Of a DNA stretch of 64,000 bases, positions 1 through 8,640 are shown in pieces. The position numbers and the translations under genes were made by a program. How positions within the stretch are numbered: the first letter of the stretch is position 1; every line of letters begins with the position of its first letter. Origin of the DNA: Candidatus Woesearchaeota archaeon. Lineage in GTDB: Archaea; Nanobdellota; Nanobdellia; SCGC-AAA011-G17; PNOQ01. The stretch covers positions 587 through 64,586 of the forward strand of contig JABIBT010000027.1 of NCBI GenBank assembly GCA_018652625.1, given 5' to 3'. A model generated the notes under the pieces. It worked only from the letters and a program-made list of their open reading frames with translations. It was not told where the DNA came from and made no database searches.

Positions 1-52
1 ATAAAAACATTTAAAAACAACTATTTCTAAAGTTTACTAAAGAGGAATCTGC

Positions 53-1780
53 ATGGAATTATCCCCGTTTATAGAGATGTTAAGTGGAAACATAATTATG
101 GAAATAGCCATAGTTATAATCTTAGCCACAATTCTATCTTTTTTCGTAAGATTATTCAAACAGCCTTTAATCCCAGCATATATTATAACGGGATTGCTTC
201 TTGGACCTATTGGCTTAGGGTTAATAAAGGATCCATTGGCAGTTCGAGCGTTATCCGAATTAGGAATTTCATTCTTACTTTTTGTTGTAGGTTTAGAAAT
301 TAATTTATCAAAATTAAAGACTGTAGGACCGGCAGCAGTTATCGGAGGAGCCCTACAAATAATTATTGTTTATATAGTTGGATTTTATACTGCACTTGCA
401 TTGGGATTTGGACAGTTTGAAGCAATCATTTTAGGTTTAGTATTAACATTTTCCAGTACAATGATTGTAATTAAATTATTGTCAGATTCAGAACAAATTG
501 ATACATTACATGGAAGAATAGTTCTAGGAATACTATTAGTACAAGATATTGCAGTATTCCTTGCGATACCCCTTCTTGCAACACTAAGTAATTTTTCAAT
601 ATTATTAGTTCTAATAATTATTTTGAAAGCTCTTGCTTTATTTTTAGTAGCATATCTTCTAGGAAAATATATCTTTCCAGGGTTATTTAGTTTTGCAGCA
701 AAATCTCAAGAACTATTATTTATGTCTTCAATTACCGTACTATTTCTTTTTACCATTTTAGCCCATTTATTGGAATTCTCGATAGTGATTGGTGCATTCG
801 TAGCAGGATTATCACTAGCTAACCTACCTTACCACCATGATATAAAAGGAAGAGTTAATCCATTAAAGAGTTTCTTTGCAACTTTATTCTTTGTATCTCT
901 AGGAATGCAATTAACAATTGTGCCAATGAATTTTCTTAAAAACATTTTGATTTTCTTTTTAATTGCAGTCTTTGCAAAACCAATTATAATTTACATACTT
1001 ACTACCTTATTTGGTTATGAAAAAAGAACAGCATTCTTGGCTGGCCTAAATTTGGGACAAATATCAGAATTTTCTTTAATCATTATTGCCCTCCCCTATG
1101 TCTTCAGTTTGATTTCTCAAGAATTATTTTCTTCAGTAATCTTTTTAGCAATAATTACTATGATTTTAACTTCATATACAGTAGAATTTCAAAATGGGAT
1201 TTATAACATCTTTTTACCAATTCTAAAACTGTTCGAAAAACTATTTCCAATAAAATTAAAACATGAATTAGAATATAAACCAAGGGAGAAAAGAATTGAC
1301 ACAATCCTAATCGGTTCTCACAGGATGGGTTCAATTTTTCTGAGTAGTTTAACAAAATTTAAAAAAAATGTTTTAGTTATAGACAATAACCCGGAAATTA
1401 TAAAAAATATGATTAAAAGAAAAGTTTCTTGTATTTATGGAGATGTGAGAACTAAAGAAGTGTTGGATAATCTAAAATTTAGAAAAATTAAAACTATTAT
1501 TTCAACAGTTCCACATGGAGAAGAGAATTTATTCTTAATAGATTATGCCAAATCTAAAAATTCGAAAATAAACATATTTGTAACAGCAAATCACTTTCAT
1601 GAGGCTAGAAAAATGTACAGATCTGGAGCAGACTATGTTATTTTACCACATTTATTAACTGGAGAAAAGGTTTCCATAATTCTTAAAAAAGCCTTCAAAG
1701 ATAGAAAATATTTGGAAGGATTAACAAAGAAACATCATAAACTTCTAGGGTTAGATGAAAGTCTGATTAATAAATTTTAA
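53..1780 (+). CDS. CPA2-family monovalent cation:proton antiporter (Kef-type) with C-terminal TrkA-N/RCK domain
   Basis: Long multi-TM Na+/H+-exchanger-like N-terminal region. It is followed by a Rossmann-type segment (TILIGSHRMGSIF...VLVIDNNPE...YGDVRTKEVL) typical of TrkA-N. The start could be a downstream ATG. Confidence 0.75.
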   Translation: MELSPFIEMLSGNIIMEIAIVIILATILSFFVRLFKQPLIPAYIITGLLLGPIGLGLIKDPLAVRALSELGISFLLFVVGLEINLSKLKTVGPAAVIGGALQIIIVYIVGFYTALALGFGQFEAIILGLVLTFSSTMIVIKLLSDSEQIDTLHGRIVLGILLVQDIAVFLAIPLLATLSNFSILLVLIIILKALALFLVAYLLGKYIFPGLFSFAAKSQELLFMSSITVLFLFTILAHLLEFSIVIGAFVAGLSLANLPYHHDIKGRVNPLKSFFATLFFVSLGMQLTIVPMNFLKNILIFFLIAVFAKPIIIYILTTLFGYEKRTAFLAGLNLGQISEFSLIIIALPYVFSLISQELFSSVIFLAIITMILTSYTVEFQNGIYNIFLPILKLFEKLFPIKLKHELEYKPREKRIDTILIGSHRMGSIFLSSLTKFKKNVLVIDNNPEIIKNMIKRKVSCIYGDVRTKEVLDNLKFRKIKTIISTVPHGEENLFLIDYAKSKNSKINIFVTANHFHEARKMYRSGADYVILPHLLTGEKVSIILKKAFKDRKYLEGLTKKHHKLLGLDESLINKF

Positions 1781-1781
1781 A

Positions 1782-1856
1782 TGGCGCCACCCGGATTTGA
1801 ACCGGGGATCTTCGCCGCATGAGAGCGACGCATTAGCCAGACTATGCTATGGCGCC
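1782..1856 (-). tRNA. tRNA-Met (anticodon CAT); could alternatively be tRNA-Ile2 (modified CAU)
   Basis: Manual cloverleaf. Acceptor GGCGCCA/TGGCGCC, D-stem GCAT/ATGC, anticodon stem TCGCT/GGCGA, loop CTCATGC, T-arm CCCGG-TTCAAAT-CCGGG, discriminator A. No encoded CCA. Confidence 0.85.
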
Positions 1857-1873
1857 ATAGAAAAAGAACAAAA

Positions 1874-2287
1874 TTATTGTTTTAAAAAGCTTTTTATTTT
1901 CTTCATAAACCCCTCACTTTGCTCTGCAGTTATATTATGTTTCCTTTTCCACTCAGGATCATGTCCATCTCCATTATATCTTGGAACTAAGTGAAAATGA
2001 ACGTGAGGAACAAGTTGACCAGCAACCTTCTTATTGTTTTGTAGAATGTTCATACCATCTGAAAGTTTAGAGATTCCTTTACTAATCTTAACAATAGCTT
2101 TAGATAAATTTGCTAGATCTACAGAAGACATCTTATCAATTGTTTCAACATGTTTTTTTGGAACAACTAATGTATGACCTAAATTTAATGGTTCTGCATC
2201 CAAAAAAGCAAAAGCATGTTTATCTTCATAAATCACATTACAAGGTATCTTTCCCGAAATTAGTTTACAAAATATGCAGTCTGTCAT
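1874..2287 (-). CDS. HIT-family (histidine triad) nucleotide hydrolase/transferase
   Basis: Histidine triad HVHFHLVPR near the C-terminus. N-terminal CIFCKLISGKIP and GHTLVVPKKH are typical of HinT-like proteins. Confidence 0.85.
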   Translation of the reverse strand: MTDCIFCKLISGKIPCNVIYEDKHAFAFLDAEPLNLGHTLVVPKKHVETIDKMSSVDLANLSKAIVKISKGISKLSDGMNILQNNKKVAGQLVPHVHFHLVPRYNGDGHDPEWKRKHNITAEQSEGFMKKIKSFLKQ

Positions 2288-2694
2288 ATTAAATTAGCCT
2301 CCCTTAGATATTCTATAAATTTATTTTTAAATATAAGGTTTTCCATTTTCTCCATATCTTCTGGATTAATCCAAATAAACTCGGAATGTTCGTTAGATAA
2401 TTTAACTTTCTGACTATCTATCTCCACCAAATAAACATCTGCCTCGCCCCCAATGTCTTCTAATTCCCATGTCCAAGAAGATAGTTTCCTGATTATTTTT
2501 CCTTTATGCCCAGTTTCCTCAAAAACTTCTCTCAGTATTTCTCTATCTGGATTTTCATCCAATTCAATCTTTCCACCAGGAGCCTCCCATTTTCCAGAAT
2601 GATCTCCAACAACCCCTTCAACTTTTTTTAAAAGTAGTAATTTGTCTTTATTAATAACCAATGCTTTAACGATAAGTATTTTTTCATTTTTCAA
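2284..2694 (-). CDS. NUDIX hydrolase
   Basis: Nudix box GGKIELDENPDREILREVFEETG. The tracked ORF start (2730) runs into tRNA-Ala, so I place the start at the in-frame TTG at 2694. There is a 4-nt overlap with the HIT gene. Confidence 0.75.
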   Translation of the reverse strand: MKNEKILIVKALVINKDKLLLLKKVEGVVGDHSGKWEAPGGKIELDENPDREILREVFEETGHKGKIIRKLSSWTWELEDIGGEADVYLVEIDSQKVKLSNEHSEFIWINPEDMEKMENLIFKNKFIEYLREANLI

Positions 2695-2698
2695 ATTA

Positions 2699-2769
2699 TG
2701 GACCTGCCGAGAATCGAACTCGGATCTCAAGACTGCCAGCCTCGTGTGATACCACTACACTACAGGCCC
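2699..2769 (-). tRNA. tRNA-Ala (anticodon GGC)
   Basis: Manual cloverleaf. Acceptor GGGCCTG/CAGGTCC with the G3:U70 alanine identity pair, anticodon loop CTGGCAG, T-arm CCGAG-TTCGATT-CTCGG, discriminator A. Confidence 0.85.
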
Positions 2770-2770
2770 A

Positions 2771-4213
2771 CTATCCCTTCACTACACCCATGGGTTTCAA
2801 TCTAGCTACTTTCTTACCAATCCCCACAGTATCGGCAATTTCAATAACCTCATCAACATCTTTATATGCACCAGGAGCTTCTTCAGTTATACCTCTCGTT
2901 GAAGCTGCTTTAACATAAATCTTATGTTTCTCTAAATCTCTTATGGTGCCTTCAGTAGTAAATCTCTTATTTGCTTCGTGTCTAGACATCATTCTACCTG
3001 CACCATGTGGAGCACTAGAAAAAGTTTCATTCATAGCTTTATCTGTACCAACCAATACCCAAGACGAAGTTCCCATGCTTCCGGGAATAAAAATGGGTTG
3101 ACCTATGCCCCTATAAACTCCTGGAATTTCTTTATGCCCTGGTCCAAAAGACCGGGTGGCCCCCTTTCTGTGTACAAGAACTTCTTTTTTCTTACCATCA
3201 ATTTCATATTCCTCTAATTTAGCAATATTATGAGCAACATCATAAACCAAATTCAATTTTATATTTTCACCAAAAACGTTTTCAAAAGACTTCCTAGTAA
3301 AATGAGTAATCAACTGTCTATTACACCAACCATAATTTGCAGCAGCACTCATGGCTCCCAAATAATCTTTTCCCAATTGAGAATTCATTGGTGCATATGC
3401 TAAATCCTTCTCAGGTAATTTATCAACAATTTCAGAGTATTCATCCTCGATTTTTTTTAAATAATCGCTACAAGTTTGATGTCCAAGCCCCCTGCTTCCA
3501 GTATGGATCAAAACAACAACATTATCTTTTTCTAAACCAAAAGATTTTGCAACCTCATCATTAAAAATTTCCTCAACAAATTGAATTTCCAAGAAATGAT
3601 TTCCAGCTCCAAGAGTTCCTAGTTGTCCCCTACCTCTTTTTTTAGCCCTAGGACTAATCTTAGAAGCATCAGCGGTTTTCATATGGCCATTCTCTTCACA
3701 ATGATCAATGTCTTCTTTAGTAGCATATCCCTCTTTCAAACACCAATCTAAACCATGATTCAGAACTTCTTCATAATCTTCATCACTTAGTCTAATAGTT
3801 GCCTCACTACCAACACCCGAAGGAACATTATCAAATAGAGTATTAATTAATTCTTTTATTTTACCTTCTACCTCTTTTTTAGTTAAGTTAGTAGTCAACA
3901 ATCTAACTCCACAATTAATATCAAAACCAATCCCCCCTGGAGAGATACAACCATTTTCTAAATCAAAAGCAGCAACGCCACCAACTGGAAAACCGTATCC
4001 TTGATGTGCATCACTCATCATAATACTTTGTTTTTGGATTCCGGGCATACATGCCATATTAACTCCTTGTTGAATAGAATCATCTGTTTTTATCTTTTCT
4101 AATAACTTCTCTGAGGCAAATATCTTTACAGGGACGTTCATACATCCTTCTTTAGCTACTTGATAAATATCTTCTTTTACTTTCTTAACTTTTTCATCCC
4201 ATTTAGTTGCCAT
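2771..4213 (-). CDS. rtcB: RNA-splicing ligase RtcB (3'-phosphate/5'-hydroxyl RNA ligase)
   Basis: Hallmark motifs GGIGFDINCGVR, GAGNHFLEIQ, HTGSRGLGHQ and APHGAGR. Length is normal at 480 aa, so there is no intein. Confidence 0.95.
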   Translation of the reverse strand: MATKWDEKVKKVKEDIYQVAKEGCMNVPVKIFASEKLLEKIKTDDSIQQGVNMACMPGIQKQSIMMSDAHQGYGFPVGGVAAFDLENGCISPGGIGFDINCGVRLLTTNLTKKEVEGKIKELINTLFDNVPSGVGSEATIRLSDEDYEEVLNHGLDWCLKEGYATKEDIDHCEENGHMKTADASKISPRAKKRGRGQLGTLGAGNHFLEIQFVEEIFNDEVAKSFGLEKDNVVVLIHTGSRGLGHQTCSDYLKKIEDEYSEIVDKLPEKDLAYAPMNSQLGKDYLGAMSAAANYGWCNRQLITHFTRKSFENVFGENIKLNLVYDVAHNIAKLEEYEIDGKKKEVLVHRKGATRSFGPGHKEIPGVYRGIGQPIFIPGSMGTSSWVLVGTDKAMNETFSSAPHGAGRMMSRHEANKRFTTEGTIRDLEKHKIYVKAASTRGITEEAPGAYKDVDEVIEIADTVGIGKKVARLKPMGVVKG

Positions 4214-4215
4214 TT

Positions 4216-4626
4216 TTATATATCCACCACAACCGTAGCTGCATAACCCTTTTTAGTCTTTTCTATTTTCATGTCACTATAAGTTACGGCCTTAATATCG
4301 CTCTTCAAATCATAATTTTTATAATCATCTCCGACGACAACAGCTTCTAACTCAAATTTTTTAGAAATTTTTATTTTTATTACTTCATGAAGAAAAAAAT
4401 CTTCTGTGTCCAACAAAAAAAGTAACTCTTCTAGAAAATCTAACAATAATCTTTCATAATTTCTTGCTTTTAATTTTATTTTATATGTTTTTTTGATTTT
4501 AACTTCAGAAGTTTTACCTAAAATATTGAACATAGCAAGTGCAGAATTTGTAAAAACCTCGTCGATACCACTACCAAAAGCTTGGAACTTTGCATCAGCT
4601 GTGTGTTCAAGATATTTATACTTCAT
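4216..4626 (-). CDS. Archease (RtcB activator)
   Basis: N-terminus MKYKYLEHTADAKFQAFG and C-terminal KAVTYSDMKIEK are archease signatures. It lies immediately downstream of rtcB, which is a known functional pair. Confidence 0.85.
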   Translation of the reverse strand: MKYKYLEHTADAKFQAFGSGIDEVFTNSALAMFNILGKTSEVKIKKTYKIKLKARNYERLLLDFLEELLFLLDTEDFFLHEVIKIKISKKFELEAVVVGDDYKNYDLKSDIKAVTYSDMKIEKTKKGYAATVVVDI

Positions 4627-4748
4627 ACCTTCTTTATTTTATAATTCATTTAAAAGTTTTTTCAAAAAAGAAAAAGCTTATAAATCAGTTTTGTTAAAAA
4701 TTAATATAAATCAGAATAATCTACTTAAAAAAAAGGAGGTGCTTATTC

Positions 4749-5006
4749 ATGGTTAAAAGAAAAAAAGCAGTTAAGAGAAAGGTAACAAAGAAAAAACCAG
4801 CAAAAAAGAAAGCTGTTAAGAAAAAAGTAACAAAGAAGAAGCCAGTTAAGAAAAAAGCTGTTAAAAAGAAGGTAACTAAAAAGAAACCCGTTAAGAAAAA
4901 AGCAGTTAAAAAGAAAAAACCGGTTAAGAAAAAAAAGGCTGTCAAGAAAAAGGTAACAAAGAAAAAACCAGTCAAGAAAAAAGCAACTAAAAAGAGGAAG
5001 AGATAA
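4749..5006 (+). CDS. Lysine-rich tandem-repeat basic protein (histone H1/Hc1-like composition; putative nucleic-acid binding)
   Basis: 85 aa, mostly K with the repeating unit AVKKKVTKKKPVKKK. Strong SD (AAGGAGGT) lies about 7 nt upstream of the ATG and a T-run follows the stop. Repeats differ at synonymous positions. Confidence 0.6.
   Translation: MVKRKKAVKRKVTKKKPAKKKAVKKKVTKKKPVKKKAVKKKVTKKKPVKKKAVKKKKPVKKKKAVKKKVTKKKPVKKKATKKRKR
4767..4982 (+). repeat. Tandem ~45-bp (15-codon) coding repeat, about five copies (one shortened to 12 codons)
   Basis: Direct reading of the DNA and protein: AVKRKVTKKKPAKKK / AVKKKVTKKKPVKKK x2 / AVKKKKPVKKKK / AVKKKVTKKKPVKKK. Confidence 0.8.
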
Positions 5007-5010
5007 ACCC

Positions 5011-5021
5011 TCTATTTTTTT
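5011..5021 (+). terminator. Oligo-T archaeal-type terminator after the Lys-rich gene
   Basis: T7 run 9 nt after the stop codon. Further T-runs follow. Confidence 0.45.
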
Positions 5022-5165
5022 ATTTAATTAATTTCTATTTTTTATAATAAAGAAAATTTATTTAATTTTTTCATTAGCCCTATCTTTACCGCCCTTCTTG
5101 TAAATCCTTTGTCGTCTCTTCATTTTCTTATCCTTTTTGGATTTTCTTCCAGAGTTTTCTTCCAT

Positions 5166-5525
5166 TTATTTTTCTCCAAACAAAAATTCTTTAATTAATT
5201 TTTCCAACTCTGCTTTAGATCTTCCACCAGTAATCATAGTTGGTTTTCCTTTTGAAGGAATAAACAACAAAGAAGGAATGCTCATAACACCGAAAGAACC
5301 ACTTAATTCTGGTTCAGCCTGAGTATCAATTTTATAGATATCTACTTTTCCTTCATAATCCTTAGCCAGTTCATCAATTATTGGAGAAATCATTTTACAT
5401 GGACCACACCAATCAGCATAAAAATCGATTATTGCAGGTTTGTCTCCAAGATATTTCCATTCTTCACTTTGGGAATAGTCAAAAATCTTTTCCCTAAATG
5501 ATTCTTTTGTTAATTTTTCTACCAT
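5166..5525 (-). CDS. trxA: Thioredoxin
   Basis: Active site WCGPC in the context FYADWCGPCKM, with thioredoxin-fold length. Confidence 0.9.
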   Translation of the reverse strand: MVEKLTKESFREKIFDYSQSEEWKYLGDKPAIIDFYADWCGPCKMISPIIDELAKDYEGKVDIYKIDTQAEPELSGSFGVMSIPSLLFIPSKGKPTMITGGRSKAELEKLIKEFLFGEK

Positions 5526-5529
5526 TTTT

Positions 5530-6465
5530 TTATTTCCAGTCTATTGCGACATCCTCTCCTTTTATATATTTATATGACTCTAAACCTGCTTTGGCCCCCT
5601 CTCCAGCAGAAATAACAGTTTGTTTGTATGGGACTGTTGAAACATCTCCTGCTGCAAAAAAACCAGGTTGAGAAGTCCTACATCTATCATCAATTATTAT
5701 TTCGTTTGATTTGTTTCTTTTAACAAGGTGTTTAACCCAATCCGTATCTAACTCATAACCAATTTCCACAAAAATTCCATCAACAAGGAGTTCTTCTTCT
5801 TCTTTAGTTTTTACATCTTCAATCATCAGAGATGTGACAAATTTATCTCCTTTAATCTCCAGTGGAGTTTTATTTGTAAGAAAGTTAATATTCTTTATTT
5901 TTCTAACTTTTTCAACAGTAACTTCATCAGCTCTAAACTCTTCACTTCGATGAGTTAAATAAACATTCTTAGCTATTTTACTCAATAATTCAGCAGCCTC
6001 AAGAGCAGAATTTCCACCCCCTATAATGGCCACATTTTTATCATGAAAAAAAGGAGCATCACAAGTAGCACAAGTACTAACTCCCTTACCAAAGAATTTA
6101 TCTTCTCCAGGGATGCCAAGTCTTCTAGGTGTTTTTCCAGAACCAAGTATCACTGCTTTACTAGTATACTCTTCACCGTCACTTGTTTCAATTTGAAATA
6201 AATCTTTATTTTTTTCTATCTTAGAAACTTTTTTTGTTATTAATTCTGCCCCAAACTTTTCGGCCTGAGATCTAAATTTACTCATTAACTCTGGCCCAGG
6301 AATAAGATCGAACCCTGGATAATTTTCAATATGATTAGTCAACAAGGTTTGACCACCCCAATCAGCAGAAATTATTGCCGTTTTGAGTTTTTTTCTACAA
6401 GTATATATTGCTGCAGTTAAGCCAGCTGATCCGCCACCAATAATCAAAACATCATATGATTTCAT
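5530..6465 (-). CDS. trxB: Thioredoxin-disulfide reductase
   Basis: FAD motif IIGGGSAGLTAA, redox CATC (CATCDAPFF), NAD(P) motif IIGGGNSALEAA, C-terminal FAAGDV. Start reassigned to the ATG at 6465 (MKSYDVLIIGGG), which is preceded by GGAGG. The tracked upstream extension overlaps the dehydrogenase gene. Confidence 0.9.
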   Translation of the reverse strand: MKSYDVLIIGGGSAGLTAAIYTCRKKLKTAIISADWGGQTLLTNHIENYPGFDLIPGPELMSKFRSQAEKFGAELITKKVSKIEKNKDLFQIETSDGEEYTSKAVILGSGKTPRRLGIPGEDKFFGKGVSTCATCDAPFFHDKNVAIIGGGNSALEAAELLSKIAKNVYLTHRSEEFRADEVTVEKVRKIKNINFLTNKTPLEIKGDKFVTSLMIEDVKTKEEEELLVDGIFVEIGYELDTDWVKHLVKRNKSNEIIIDDRCRTSQPGFFAAGDVSTVPYKQTVISAGEGAKAGLESYKYIKGEDVAIDWK

Positions 6466-7546
6466 TTTTTCCTTCCTCCACCCTTTTAACAGCAATTTCC
6501 ATGGCTGCTTTTCTTGGAGAAATCTTATTTTCTTTTGATTTCTCAAGAACTTCATTTGTATTTTCAGTTATATTTTTTTCCACTAGCATAAACATTTCTT
6601 CAGAAGTTCCATTTATTGTTTCAATATAAGAACTAATAACTCCACCAGCATTGGCCACAAAATCGGGAATAATCAAAATTTCTTTTTCATGAAACTCTTC
6701 CTCAATTTCTTCAGACATTGCTATGTTGCTACCACAAACAATCAGTTTTGCTTTTATAGAATTTTTGTTATTCTCATTAATCAAATCTGGAATTGCTGCA
6801 GGAACTAAAATATCAACATCTAAAGATACAATCTCCTTAGAGTCTAATTTCTTTCCATCGCCATAGTTTATTACTGAACCACTTTCTTCTTTAACTTTCA
6901 TTAGTTCTTTATAATCCAACCCCTCTTCATTGAATATAGTTCCTTTTGAATCTGAAACAGCAACAACTTTTATGCCTTTTTTTTCTAAAAATTCCATAAC
7001 AAAAGTCCCAACGTTTCCAAATCCTTCAATGGCCACAGTTGGATTTTTTAAATCAGTAAATTCTAAAGCAGTTAATAAAGCATGATAAACTCCAAAACCG
7101 GTGCTCCCCAATTCATGAGGTAATCCCCCCATGTCTTTTGGCTTTCCTGTAGCAGAATTATTTTCTCCATTGGCTTCGACTAAAACCTTCATTTCGTGTT
7201 CAGCCATGTTCATATCTGGACCAGCGATATATTCAGAAGGAGCAATATTTTTAATTGCTTTTCCAAATGCTGCAACAATAGAATCTTTTTGTTCTTGAGT
7301 TAACGCTTTATCATTAGCAATTATGCCAGACTTTGCACCACCAAAAGGAATTCCAGCTAAAGCATTTTTCCACGTCATTGTCTCTGCCAACTTATAAACT
7401 TCTTCAACATCCACAGAAGGAGTCATTCTAATTCCTCCCTTGCCAGGACCCAAATTAGTATTATGAATTACTGTAATTCCCCTCATTCCGGTTTCTGGAT
7501 CATATACTTGAATAATTTTTTCAGGTCCAAATTTATCATATTCCAT
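6452..7546 (-). CDS. Glu/Leu/Phe/Val dehydrogenase family protein (short, glutamate-dehydrogenase-like)
   Basis: Catalytic region GPGKGGIRM ... GGAKSGI and dinucleotide fold GFGNVG. At 364 aa it is nearer to Leu/Val dehydrogenases in size than to typical GDH. Confidence 0.8.
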   Translation of the reverse strand: MEYDKFGPEKIIQVYDPETGMRGITVIHNTNLGPGKGGIRMTPSVDVEEVYKLAETMTWKNALAGIPFGGAKSGIIANDKALTQEQKDSIVAAFGKAIKNIAPSEYIAGPDMNMAEHEMKVLVEANGENNSATGKPKDMGGLPHELGSTGFGVYHALLTALEFTDLKNPTVAIEGFGNVGTFVMEFLEKKGIKVVAVSDSKGTIFNEEGLDYKELMKVKEESGSVINYGDGKKLDSKEIVSLDVDILVPAAIPDLINENNKNSIKAKLIVCGSNIAMSEEIEEEFHEKEILIIPDFVANAGGVISSYIETINGTSEEMFMLVEKNITENTNEVLEKSKENKISPRKAAMEIAVKRVEEGKNEII

Positions 7547-7548
7547 TT

Positions 7549-7800
7549 TTACTCCTTTGAAATTCCTTTTTCTTTCAAAAGTTCATCAATCCTTTCTTTG
7601 TTAAAACCAACTACCATTTCTCCACCTATTTCAACAACAGGTACACCCATTTGTCCAGATTTTTCAACCATTTCTTGAGCTTTTTCTTTATCGCTTCCAA
7701 CATCTATTTCTTCGAATTCAACTTCTTTCTCTTTCAAAAAGTTCTTAACCATATCACAATAAGGGCAGGTTTGTGTTGAATAAACTATTACTTTTTCCAT
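7549..7800 (-). CDS. Glutaredoxin-like small redox protein (CPYC)
   Basis: MEKVIVYSTQTCPYCDMVK with a glutaredoxin/NrdH-like fold pattern. Start moved to the ATG at 7800, because the tracked extension overlaps the rubrerythrin gene. Confidence 0.8.
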   Translation of the reverse strand: MEKVIVYSTQTCPYCDMVKNFLKEKEVEFEEIDVGSDKEKAQEMVEKSGQMGVPVVEIGGEMVVGFNKERIDELLKEKGISKE

Positions 7801-7801
7801 T

Positions 7802-8320
7802 TTAAAACAAATCCTCTGGTTCGAAATACTCCGTTGGGTGATCACATGCTGGACAATTCTTTGGAGGCTCTATTCCTTCATGAATAAATCCACACTTACT
7901 ACATTTCCAAGTTATTGGTTTATCTCTTTTATATACCGTTCCATTTTCAACCATTTCTAGTAATTTCTTAAATCTTTCTTCATGCTCTTTTTCAACTTTA
8001 GATACTTGCATAAATACTTTCGCTGCCTTTTTATCTCCTTCTTCTTCAGCAACTTTCTGAAATTCAGGATACATCTCAGTATTTTCATAGTGCTCTCCTT
8101 CTATTGCTGCCTTAAGATTTTCTTTGGTATCCCCAATTCCATTCAAAAGTTTAAACTCTTCTTTTGCATGCTGCATTTCATTCAATGCAGTTTCTTCAAA
8201 GATTCTAGCAACATAATTATATCCCTCTTTTCTAGCAACTTTAGCAAAATAATCATATTTATTTCTAGCTTGACTTTCACCAGAAAATGCGGCTTTTAAA
8301 TTTTCTTTTGTTTTTTCCAT
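7802..8320 (-). CDS. Rubrerythrin
   Basis: Ferritin-like diiron E...EXXH pairs (ALNEMQHAKEE, KVEKEHEERF) plus a C-terminal rubredoxin-type CSKCG...CPACDH. Confidence 0.9.
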   Translation of the reverse strand: MEKTKENLKAAFSGESQARNKYDYFAKVARKEGYNYVARIFEETALNEMQHAKEEFKLLNGIGDTKENLKAAIEGEHYENTEMYPEFQKVAEEEGDKKAAKVFMQVSKVEKEHEERFKKLLEMVENGTVYKRDKPITWKCSKCGFIHEGIEPPKNCPACDHPTEYFEPEDLF

Positions 8321-8330
8321 TTTTTCCTCC

Positions 8331-8621
8331 TTAACATGAACATAATTTATTTTTTTTAATGTGTTTTTTTACATCTCTTAAAATTGGCTCCACCGTATCT
8401 TTATTTAGTGAATAGATTCTCTGTTTTCCTTCTTGTTTAACTGTTAAAAAACCATTTTTAGTTAGACACTGTAAATTGTGACTCACTCTACTTTGTTCAA
8501 TCTCCAATTCTTTTATGATTTGACTAACACTCTTTGGTTTTTCTTTTAGACATAAAACAATATCCAATCTAGTTTCGTTACATAGGGTTTTAAAGAAACC
8601 CATATATGTTGAACCAATCAT
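8331..8621 (-). CDS. ArsR/SmtB-family winged-helix transcriptional regulator
   Basis: The pattern LCNETRLDIVLCLKEKPKSVSQIIKELEIEQSRVSHNLQCLTKNGFL fits an ArsR HTH. The ATG at 8621 sits about 26 nt from a TATA box, which suggests a leaderless transcript. An alternative start is at 8603. Confidence 0.75.
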   Translation of the reverse strand: MIGSTYMGFFKTLCNETRLDIVLCLKEKPKSVSQIIKELEIEQSRVSHNLQCLTKNGFLTVKQEGKQRIYSLNKDTVEPILRDVKKHIKKNKLCSC

Positions 8622-8640
8622 ATGATGTAGGCATCATATG
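8619..8640. promoter_or_regulatory. Perfect 9-bp inverted repeat (CATATGATG-TAGG-CATCATATG), candidate ArsR operator
   Basis: Read directly. It lies between the TATA-like TTTATATA (8644-8651, minus strand) and the ArsR gene, and overlaps that gene's start codon. Confidence 0.5.

Noticed and set aside
1797-1994. A tracked plus-strand 65-aa ORF.
   Set aside because: It overlaps tRNA-Met and the 3' end of the HIT gene in antisense, and its sequence is explained by those features.
2695-2730. The N-terminal extension of the Nudix ORF (MRSEFDSRQVHN).
   Set aside because: It runs into the tRNA-Ala gene on the same strand. I used the downstream TTG as the start instead.
4721-4975. An 84-aa minus-strand ORF (poly F/T/L) lying opposite the lysine-repeat gene.
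   Set aside because: It is a mirror-frame artefact of an AAG/AAA-rich repeat. It has no SD or TATA box, whereas the plus-strand ORF has a strong SD and a terminator.
5058-5165. A 35-aa very basic minus-strand ORF (MEENSGRKSKKDKKMKRRQRIYKKGGKDRANEKIK) starting right after the thioredoxin stop codon.
   Set aside because: I could not match it to any small ribosomal or other known protein. It is low-complexity, lies in an AT-rich spacer and has no recognisable SD. I left it uncalled, but it is worth a ribosome-profiling or proteomics check.
6466-6555. Tracked upstream extensions of trxB (6466..6555) and of the glutaredoxin-like ORF (7801..7845).
   Set aside because: The extensions overlap the preceding genes extensively. 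Canonical N-termini with an SD or tight coupling start at the internal ATGs.
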